From assembly GCA_963709585.1 (NCBI GenBank), contig CAVPXI010000007.1, forward strand, positions 78,934 to 142,933: a DNA stretch of 64,000 nt. Direction: 5' to 3'. The notes under the pieces are model-generated. The model was not told where the DNA came from. It made no database searches and saw nothing but the letters and a program-made list of their open reading frames with translations. The position numbers and the translations under genes were made by a program. Shown in pieces: positions 55,905 to 64,000 of this stretch (positions are counted from its first letter, which is position 1; the number at the start of each line of letters is the position of its first letter). The DNA comes from Candidatus Dormiibacterota bacterium (GTDB lineage: Bacteria > Chloroflexota > Dormibacteria > Aeolococcales > Aeolococcaceae).

Positions 55905-58900
55905 CAGCTCACCAATTGGAGTTGGGCGCGAAGCGCGCGACGATATTCTTCCGGCATCACCTTCACGAAGTGCTCGCGCTCCTGAGCCCAGCCGCGGAGC
56001 AATCGCATGGCCACTGTGCTCCCGGTGAGCCCGGCATGCTGCTCGAGCAGTCCACGAACCAGCTCATGATCATCGACACCGAGCGGCTCGAGAGCCACCG
56101 ACGCCCGATTGCAGCGCTCGGCAAACTGACGTTCCGCGTCCAGCACGTACGCAACCCCACCACTCATCCCTGCGGCGAAGTTCCGCCCGGTCGCGCCGAG
56201 CACGAGCACCGTACCTCCCGTCATGTACTCGCACCCGTGATCCCCAACTCCCTCGACCACCGCAACCGCTCCAGAGTTGCGCACGCAGAAGCGCTCGCCC
56301 GCCACGCCGCGAATGAAGGCCTCCCCGGAGGTTGCGCCATACAGCGCAACGTTGCCGATGATGATGTTCTCCTCGGCTCGTCGCATTGAGGCTTGCGGTG
56401 GCAGGATGACGAGCCGGCCGCCGGAGAGTCCCTTGCCGACGTAGTCATTTGCCTCACCGCGAAGGGTCAGGGTGACCCCGTGCGCGAGCCAGGCGCCGAA
56501 CGATTGCCCAGCGGCACCATCCAGCTCGACGTCGACGGTGCCGTCGGGAAGACCCGCCGCGCCGTATCGGCGCGCGATCTCACCGCTGAGCATCGCCCCG
56601 ACGCAGCGATGCACATTGCGCACGGCAAGCCGCAAGCGCACCGGCGCGCCGCTCTCGAGCGAGTCGCGGCAGTGGGCGATGAGCTCGTTGTCGAGCATGT
56701 CACCGAGATCGGCGGTCTGATGACTGCTGTGCCGGCGGTCCTCCGGGGAATCCACCTCGGGCACCATCAGCAAGGGCTGGAGATCGAGGCCTCGCGCCTT
56801 CCAGTGGTCCACCGCGGGATTCGCCTCGATGAGATCGACGCGGCCGATCATGTCCTCGAAGCGGCGGAATCCGAGCCGCGACATCCAGCGCCTTACGTCC
56901 TCGGCGAGGAAGAGCATGAAGGCAACGACGTGCTCGGGGCGACCCGCGAACCTGGCGCGCAGCACGGGGTCCTGGGTGGCGATCCCGACCGGGCAGGTGT
57001 TGAGATGGCAGACGCGCATCATCACGCAGCCCGCCGCGATCAGCGGCGCAGTCGCGAACGCGAACTCGTCGGCGCCGAGGAGCGCCCCAACCACGACATC
57101 GCGTCCGGTCTTCATCTGACCGTCGGCCAGGAGCGTGACCCGGCTGCGAAGCCTCTGCCGGGTCAGGACTTGCTGCGCTTCGGCGAGCCCAAGCTCCCAC
57201 GGCACCCCCGCGTGCTTGATCGCGGTCAGCGGCGACGCGCCGGTACCGCCCTCGTAGCCGGCGATGACGATGTGATCGGCGCGCGCCTTGGCCACACCTG
57301 CGGCCACCGTGCCGACCCCTGCCTCGGCAACGAGCTTCACGCTGATCCGCGCGTCGGGATTGACGCAGCGCAGGTCCCAGATGAGCTGTGCAAGGTCCTC
57401 GATCGAATAGATGTCGTGGTGCGGCGGCGGAGAGATAAGGCCCACGCCGGGCGTGGAATGGCGGAGGAGAGCGATCGCGTCATCCACCTTGAATCCGGGC
57501 AATTGACCGCCCTCACCAGGCTTGGCCCCCTGCGCGATCTTGATCTGCAGCTCGTCCGCGTTCACGAGGTAATGGGCGGTGACGCCGAAGCGCGCCGAGG
57601 CCACCTGCTTGATCGCGCTCCGCCGCCAGTCGCCGTTGGCATCCGGCTCGAAGCGCGCGGAGTCCTCTCCTCCCTCGCCGGTGTTGGATCGAGCTCCAAT
57701 GCGGTTCATCGCGATCGCGAGCAGCTCGTGCGCCTCCTTGCCGAGCGAGCCGTGCGACATGCCTCCGGTCGAGAAGCGGCGGACAATCTCCAGCGCCGGC
57801 TCGACCTCATCCAGGGGCACGGGAGCAGGCGACTCGTGGAGCACGAAGAGGCCGCGCAGGTTCTTCAACCGGCGCGACTCGTCATCGGCGAGCGCGACGT
57901 ACCGTCGAAACGCCGGCTCGTCATTGGCCTTGACCGCGTGCTGGAGCGCGCCGATCACCTCGGGATTCCATTGATGCAGCTCACCGTCGCGGCGCCATCG
58001 GTACTCGCCGCGGTCCTCCAGGGTCGGGGGCGTGACCCGCACGTCCGGGAACGCTCGCTGGTGGCGCGCGATCGCCTCGGCGGCGATCACGTCGATGCCG
58101 ATGCCGCCGATGCGCGAGGGGGTATTCGGGAAGTAGCGATCGACGACGGTCCGGTTGATGCCGAGACACTCGAAGATCTGCGCGCTGCAGTACGACTGGA
58201 TCGTCGAGATGCCCATGCGCGCGATGGTCTTGCGCAGCCCCTTGACGAGTGCCTGAAGGTAGAGTTCCTCGGCGCGCGCGGCGTCGACCGTCGGAGGCAT
58301 CAGGTCGCGGCGCGCGATGTCAGCGATCGTCTCGAATGCGAGGTACGGGTTGACCGCCTCGGCGCCGTAGCCGATCAGCAGCGCGAGGTGCATCACCTCG
58401 CGCGCTTCGCCGGTCTCGATCACCAGGCCGACGCCGGTGCGCGTCTGCTCGCGGACCAGATGCTGGTGCACCGCGGCCGTGGCGAGGAGCGACGGGATGG
58501 GCACGTGCGAGGCGTCGATATGCCGGTCGCTGAGGATCAGCACGGTGGCGCCGGCCTCGATCTGCTTCGAGGCAAGCCTGCAGATGCGCTCGATGCCGGC
58601 AACCAATCCCGGCCGCGCCGGCGTCACGATGGAAGACCATCGAGATCGTCTCCGCGGGGAACTGGCGCTGGGTCACGTGCCGGAGCTTCTCCAGGTCGTG
58701 GTTGGTGAGCACCGGGTGGGGCATCTCGAGCCGCTTTGCCTGTGCCGGCCCCTGCTCGAGAAGGTTCCCTCCGGCGCCGAGGGTGGTCACCAGCGACATC
58801 ACCGCCTGCTCGCGAATGGGGTCGATCGGCGGGTTGGTGACCTGCGCGAACAGCTGTTTGAAGTAGTTGAAGAGGGGCAGCGGCCGGTCGCTGAGCACGG

Positions 58901-60428
58901 CGAGCGGCGTGTCATTGCCCATCGATCCGACAGCCTCCTCACCGGTCTCGCCCATCGGCTCGAGTAGGATCTCGAGGTCCTCGACGCTGTAGCCGAATGC
59001 CTGCTGGCGCACCAGGAGCGTGCCCGGATCCGGCGCCGGCACGTGGTCGGGAGGATCGAGCTCGTCGAGGTGGACGGTGCCCGCGCGAATCCACTCGCTG
59101 TACGGCTGCGCCGCGCTGAGCCCGCTCTTGACGGCGGTGTCATCGAGAATTCGCCCGGCGGCGGTGTCGACGAGCAAGAGCCGCCCGGGCTCCAATCGCC
59201 ACTTCCGGGCGATCTGTTCCTCGGGGAGATCGAGCACCCCCGCCTCCGACGCCATCACCACGAGACCGTCTTCGGTGACGAGATATCGGGCAGGGCGCAA
59301 CCCGTTGCGGTCGAGCGTCGCGCCGATCACACGCCCATCGGTGAACGCGATAGCCGCCGGTCCATCCCAGGGCTCGAGCAGCGAGCTGTGAAACTCGTAG
59401 AAGGCGCGCCGCTGGTCATCCATCAACGGGTTGTGGTGCCACGCCTCCGGGATCATCATCATCACCGCGTGCTCGATCGACCGGCCGCTCCTCGCGAGCA
59501 GCTCGAGGGCGTTGTCGAACTGCGAGGAATCCGAGCCCGACTCGTCGAGCACGGGCATCAGCTTCGCGATATCGTCGCCGAAGTGCGGGCTGCGGAACTT
59601 CGACTGGCGCGCGCGCATCCAGTTGACGTTGCCGCGAAGCGTGTTGATCTCGCCGTTGTGGGCCGACATCCGGAAGGGCTGGGCCAGGTCCCAGCGGGGC
59701 AGGACGTTGGTGGAAAAGCGCGCGTGGACCAGCGCTATCGTCGAGGTCACGCGCCGATCGATCAGGTCCGGGTAGAACCCCGCCAGCTGGGCCGCGGTGA
59801 GCATGCCCTTGTACACGAGGGTCCGGCTGGACAGGCTGCTCCAGTGAACACGATCACGGCCGATCCCGGCCGCCAGGCAGTCGCGCTCGATGATCCGCCG
59901 GAGAACCATGAGACGGCCCTCGAGCGCCGCACCCTCGAGGCCAATCGCGGCGACGAAGAGTTGGCGCAAAACCGGCAGCGCCATGCGAGCCGATCGCCCG
60001 AGAGCGTCGGGGACCACGGGCACGTCGCGCCAGCCGAGCAGGCGCAGACCTTCGGCTCGGCAGGCCTGCAGCGTGATGGTCTCGCACAGTGCTCGCTCGT
60101 CGGGGTCCTGCGGGAGCATCACCATGCCGACCCCGTATGCCCCAGGTGCAGGCAGCGACAACCCGGAGGTCTCGCGGAGGAAGGCGTCGGGCAGCTGGAG
60201 AAGGATGCCTGCTCCGTCGCCACTGTCCGGCTCGGCACCGGACGCGCCGCGATGGCCGAGATTGACGAGCGCCTGTACGCCCTGCTCGACCACCGAATGG
60301 ATGGCGCCGCCGGCGATCCGAGCGACGAACGCCACCCCGCAGGCGTCGTGCTGGATGGCAGAGTCGAACAGACCTCGATTCGGGGGGCGTTCGGTTAGCT
60401 GTTCGCCGATACGTGTGTAGCCTGACAT
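55904..60428 (-). pseudogene. gltB: Glutamate synthase large subunit, ~1508 codons, split by an apparent 1-nt insertion near 58598-58612
   Basis: ORF 58320..60500 (ATG at 60428): MSGYTRIGEQ...HDACGVAFVARI... through ...[15 protein letters not shown], then junk. ORF 55904..58627 has no plausible start and continues [29 protein letters not shown]... to the C-terminal GXGXG domain. Confidence 0.85.
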
Positions 60429-60611
60429 GCCTCGGCCAATCGGGGCAAGTGACGCATCGGGCCACGGCTCCTGTGCTAGGGTCTGCGTCAATGGCCGCAA
60501 CTGCGCGTCGATACTTTGGCCCGCCAGCCGTAAGGCTGCCGGGGGGCTTCTAACCCGACCGCGCAGTCGTTACCAGGGCTGGTTCATCAGATATGGGTCA
60601 GCCCCGGATCC

Positions 60612-60635
60612 CGTGTGGTGGCCCATCACCACACG
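60612..60635 (+). promoter_or_regulatory. Perfect 9-bp stem hairpin abutting the Shine-Dalgarno sequence of the DAHP synthase gene
   Basis: CGTGTGGTG (60612-60620), a 6-nt loop, then CACCACACG (60627-60635). The last G begins GGAGG (60635-60639), 9 nt before the GTG at 60649. Confidence 0.4.
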
Positions 60636-60648
60636 GAGGTGCCATACG

Positions 60649-61737
60649 GTGACCATCGAGCCGCTGCTAGTCAGCGCGACCCGACGGCGTAACACACAGC
60701 AGGTCAACATCGGCGCGGTCGCCGTCGGCGGCGACACGGTGCCGATCATCGCCGGGCCGTGCGCGGTCGAGACCGGCTACGTCGAACATGCGGTTGCAGC
60801 GCATCGGGCCGGCGCGTCGGTGCTGCGCGGGTGCGTTCTCAAGCCGCGGACCCGACCAGGATCATTCCAGGGTCTCGGAAGCGCGGGACTGCCGCTGCTC
60901 GACGAAGCGCGACGCGTCACCGGGTTACCGGTGATTGCGGAACCACTCGCCGCCGATGACATCGAGCTGTTGCGCGGCCATGCCGATGCGCTGCTCATCG
61001 GAGCGCGCTCGATGCACAACACCCCGCTGCTGCGCGCCGCGGGGCAGAGCGGCATGCCGGTCATCATCAAGCGCGGCATGTCCGCGACCTACGACGAGTG
61101 GCTCGCGGCAGCGGACTACGTCACCACCGAGGGCAACCACCAGGTCATCCTCTGCGAGCGCGGCATCCGCACGTTCGAGACGGCGACCCGGAACACGCTT
61201 GACGTGAGCGCGATCGCGGTGCTCCGAGACATGACCGACCTCCCGATCGCCGTCGATCCGAGCCATGCCGCCGGCAATGCGAGGTGGGTTCCCTCGCTCG
61301 CGGTCGCGGCATTGGCCGCCGGTGCTGACGCGCTGCTCATTGAGTGTCATCCGAACCCGGCGTCATCGTTGTGCGACGCCGCCCAGGCGATCACGCCGTC
61401 GGTGCTCAGCAGGATCGTGCAGACGTCGCTGGCACTCTGCGCGATGACGCGTCCGGCCGTGGCCGACTCGGTCGCCGGATGCCGCGCGGTGATCGACACC
61501 ATCGACGACGCGGTGTTCCAGATGCTCGAGTATCGCGCCGCAGTGGTCGAGGCTGTGCAGGAGCGCAAGCGGGCGGCAGTGCTGCCGGAGCGCGACATCG
61601 ACCGGGAGCATCAGATCGTGGAGCGGCTGTCCCGCCGGGCGCCGCGGCTCGGCGAGCAACGTGTCGACCGCATCGTCCACGCCATCATCGACGAGTGCCT
61701 CGATGCGGTTCCCCGCTGTCCTCAGGCCGTCGCGTGA
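60649..61737 (+). CDS. Bifunctional 3-deoxy-7-phosphoheptulonate synthase (type I-beta) / chorismate mutase (C-terminal AroQ domain)
   Basis: GTG at 60649 in frame with ORF 60427..61737. IIAGPCAVE...LKPRTRPGSFQGLG...DPSHA is the DAHPS I-beta core. C-terminal CRAVIDTIDDAVFQMLEYRAAVVEAVQERK...PERDIDREHQIVERL fits the AroQ chorismate mutase pattern. Confidence 0.8.
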   Translation: MTIEPLLVSATRRRNTQQVNIGAVAVGGDTVPIIAGPCAVETGYVEHAVAAHRAGASVLRGCVLKPRTRPGSFQGLGSAGLPLLDEARRVTGLPVIAEPLAADDIELLRGHADALLIGARSMHNTPLLRAAGQSGMPVIIKRGMSATYDEWLAAADYVTTEGNHQVILCERGIRTFETATRNTLDVSAIAVLRDMTDLPIAVDPSHAAGNARWVPSLAVAALAAGADALLIECHPNPASSLCDAAQAITPSVLSRIVQTSLALCAMTRPAVADSVAGCRAVIDTIDDAVFQMLEYRAAVVEAVQERKRAAVLPERDIDREHQIVERLSRRAPRLGEQRVDRIVHAIIDECLDAVPRCPQAVA

Positions 61738-61771
61738 ACGCTGTGGCCTGACGTTCATCCATGATGAGGGC

Positions 61772-62155
61772 ATGACTCATCATCCCGAAGATCTGCCCTG
61801 GAACGATGCCCCGGCCGACTCGGATGCGCCGCTTGGGGACGCGGAGCCTGATCCCGCCGAGGTGAGCGGCGACGAGGACGATCCGGCGATCCGCGACGCC
61901 TCGCTCGCAGGACGGCTGCACGACGTCGACGAATATCGTCGCGAAACCCTCGACGAACGCCTCAGCGAGGAGGAGCCCGATCGGGCCACGCATGCGCAGG
62001 AGCCGGAGGCGGGTGAGCTCCAGGCACCCGAGTTGGGCGACGACGACATCGCCCTGCAGCGCGGGGAGCTCGACCAGCTCGATTCCCTGGACAGCGTCGA
62101 GGAGTTGGCTGAAGACGCGGCCGTGCACGAGACCAATGGCCGTTCAGGCGCCTGA
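61772..62155 (+). CDS. Acidic hypothetical protein (127 aa; DUF5709-like as I recall)
   Basis: ATG at 61772 within ORF 61661..62155. Very Asp/Glu-rich, with ...DEYRRETLDERLSEEEPD... Its end overlaps the ftsH start by 20 nt. Confidence 0.55.
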   Translation: MTHHPEDLPWNDAPADSDAPLGDAEPDPAEVSGDEDDPAIRDASLAGRLHDVDEYRRETLDERLSEEEPDRATHAQEPEAGELQAPELGDDDIALQRGELDQLDSLDSVEELAEDAAVHETNGRSGA

Positions 62156-64000
62156 CCGGGCACAGCGACCTACTTCCCCGAGCCCGAAGGCGCCGAACGT
62201 CGTCGGCTACAACCCGATGCGCTGGCGCCGTTTCTGGGTGCTCATCTTGCTCCTGCTCTTTGTCAACGTCATCGTCAGCACCATCATTCAGTCCGCCGCG
62301 CAGGCGCCATCCGTGGTCATTCCCTACAACGTCTTTGTCGACCAGGTGAACGCAGGCAACGTGGTCAACATCACGGCCACGGGTGATGCGATCACCGGGA
62401 CCGCCAAGACCGCGGTCAGCGCCGGGCCGGGACAGACCAGCGCCAAGGATTTCTCCACCCAGCGGCCCACCTTCGCGAGCGACAACCTCGAGGCTGCCCT
62501 GCTCGCGAACAAGGTCAGCATTCTCGCCGAGCCTCCCAATCCGCCGACACCCTTGTGGGAGACCCTGCTCTTCTCGTTCGGGCCGGCGCTGCTGTTCGTC
62601 TTCGGCTTCATCTACCTGATGCGGAGAAGTGCGGCGCTCGCGGGCGGTGGGGTCGGCGGCATCCTCGGAAGGTTCGGCCAGAGCGGCGCGCGCCTCTACA
62701 ACCCCGAGCATCCCGACACGACCTTTGCCGATGTCGCCGGGATCGATGAGGTCAAGGCCGAGCTGGTCGAGATCGTCGACTTTCTCAAGAAACCTGAGAA
62801 ATATCAGCGCCTGGGAGGCACCATCCCGAAGGGCGTCCTGCTCATCGGCGCGCCGGGCACCGGCAAGACGCTGCTCGCGCGCGCGGTGGCGGGCGAGGCG
62901 GCGGTGCCGTTCTTCTCCATCTCCGCCTCGGAATTCATCGAGGCAATCGTGGGAGTCGGCGCGGCCCGGGTGCGCGACCTGTTCCAGAAGGCCCGCGCCG
63001 CAGCGCCGGCGATCGTCTTCATCGACGAGCTCGATGCAGTCGGCCGCTCGCGTTCGACGGGTGCCCGCCTGGGGAGCAACGACGAGCAGGAGCAGACCCT
63101 GAACCAGATCCTCACCGAGATGGACGGTTTCGATCCTCACGAGGGCGTCATCGTTCTGGCGGCGACCAACCGCGCCGACGTGCTCGATGTCGCACTGCTC
63201 CGTCCCGGGCGGTTCGACCGGCGGATCACCGTGCCCTTTCCCGATCGCCGCGGCCGGCTCGAGATCCTGCGCATCCACACGCGGCACATTCCACTCGGAC
63301 CCGACGTCGACCTCGGCCTGATCGCCTCGCTGACAGCCGGTATGGTCGGCGCCGACCTGCGCAATCTCGCCAACGAGGCGGCGCTCGCGGCCGCGCGTCG
63401 CGACGCGCCGACCGTGGCCCAGATCGACTTCACCGACGCGCTCGAGAAGGTGGAGCTGGGATCCGAGCGCAAGCTCTCGCTCACCTCGATCGACCGCGAA
63501 CGCATCGCCTATCACGAATCAGGACACGCGCTGCTCGGGCTGCTCCAGCCCGGCGCCGACCCGGTCCGCCGGGTCTCGATCATCCCGCGCGGGCAGTCGC
63601 TCGGCGCCACCGTGCAGAGCCCGGTCGACGACCGCTTCAGCTACGGCGAGGACTACCTTCGCGGCCGGATCACCGGGGCGCTCGGCGGCAGGGCGGCCGA
63701 GCAACTCGTCTACGGGGTCATCACCACGGGCGCCGAGGCAGACCTGCGCCAGGTCACCGGGATCGCGCGGCAGATGGTGCTGCGCTGGGGCATGAGCCCC
63801 AAGGTCGGTGTTCTCAGCCTCTCGGAGGACGGCGACGGCGCTGGTCAGGCACTCACGCTGTCCCGACCGTACAGCGAAGAGACCGCGGCCCTCGTCGACG
63901 AAGAGGTGCGGCGCATCTGCGAGGAGTGTCTCCGCCAGGCCGTCTCGCTGCTCACCAGCAACCGCGACAAGCTCGACGCGCTCGTCCATGCTCTGCTCGA
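62136..64000 (+). CDS. ftsH: ATP-dependent zinc metalloprotease FtsH (3' end beyond the window)
   Basis: Open-ended frame from ATG at 62136, so not in the ORF track. Two TM segments, Walker A GAPGTGKTLLARAVAGEA, Walker B IVFIDELDA, SRH ATNRADVLDVALLRPGRFDR, and zinc motif HESGHAL. Confidence 0.9.
   Translation, partial: MAVQAPDRAQRPTSPSPKAPNVVGYNPMRWRRFWVLILLLLFVNVIVSTIIQSAAQAPSVVIPYNVFVDQVNAGNVVNITATGDAITGTAKTAVSAGPGQTSAKDFSTQRPTFASDNLEAALLANKVSILAEPPNPPTPLWETLLFSFGPALLFVFGFIYLMRRSAALAGGGVGGILGRFGQSGARLYNPEHPDTTFADVAGIDEVKAELVEIVDFLKKPEKYQRLGGTIPKGVLLIGAPGTGKTLLARAVAGEAAVPFFSISASEFIEAIVGVGAARVRDLFQKARAAAPAIVFIDELDAVGRSRSTGARLGSNDEQEQTLNQILTEMDGFDPHEGVIVLAATNRADVLDVALLRPGRFDRRITVPFPDRRGRLEILRIHTRHIPLGPDVDLGLIASLTAGMVGADLRNLANEAALAAARRDAPTVAQIDFTDALEKVELGSERKLSLTSIDRERIAYHESGHALLGLLQPGADPVRRVSIIPRGQSLGATVQSPVDDRFSYGEDYLRGRITGALGGRAAEQLVYGVITTGAEADLRQVTGIARQMVLRWGMSPKVGVLSLSEDGDGAGQALTLSRPYSEETAALVDEEVRRICEECLRQAVSLLTSNRDKLDALVHALL

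Noticed and set aside
60593-60652. A 19-codon uORF (MGQPRIPCGGPSPHGGAIR) as a classical aromatic amino acid attenuation leader peptide.
   Set aside because: It contains no Phe, Tyr or Trp codons and has no SD before its ATG. The GTGA overlap with the main start is noted in a finding, but the uORF is not claimed as a gene.

Overview
High-GC (about two-thirds G+C by eye, not computed), densely coding segment that looks actinobacterial. The supporting signs are F420 genes, a mycothiol-type DinB/TIGR03085 enzyme, leaderless-style starts and many GTGA/ATGA coupled genes. Contents from left to right:
- A partial APC permease.
- A DeoR-led, tightly coupled operon: two BtpA/SgcQ paralogs bracket a metallophosphoesterase, an FGGY kinase, a sugar-phosphate isomerase-fold protein and an alpha/beta hydrolase, followed by an acyl-CoA synthetase.
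- An F420 island (DDN-type reductase, cofC-cofE-cofD, PPOX-type enzyme, fgd) interrupted by an IS110-family element.
- A TM-GGDEF-EAL-REC protein.
- A glyoxylate/glycolate module (class V aminotransferase, glcDEF).
- A block of frame-broken genes (FAD oxidoreductase, DapA-like, ~880-codon GH63-like hydrolase), plus a class III aminotransferase and a 2-hydroxyacid dehydrogenase.
- A cupin, a molbindin and hppD.
- paaABCDE, convergent with a ~10-gene operon (TIGR03085 enzyme, paaI, paaK, MaoC hydratase, two crotonases, 2-oxoacid dehydrogenase E1a/E1b/E2, IlvE-like aminotransferase).
- Small membrane proteins.
- A divergent gene pair sharing an unassigned helical domain, one copy fused to an OmpR-type wHTH.
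- xfp-ackA, hypotheticals, a PsiE-like protein, RidA, two tiny membrane proteins, gltBD, a DAHP synthase-chorismate mutase fusion, an acidic protein and a partial ftsH.

I saw no rRNA, tRNA or CRISPR array. At least 12 single-nucleotide frame breaks interrupt otherwise full-length conserved genes, and about half of them fall within 24.4-29.1 kb. That pattern means either assembly indels or real gene decay. No classical defence or secretion system is visible. The most novel-looking candidates are the twin-BtpA operon, the paralogous regulator pair upstream of xfp, and the paa/2-oxoacid-dehydrogenase hybrid operon.
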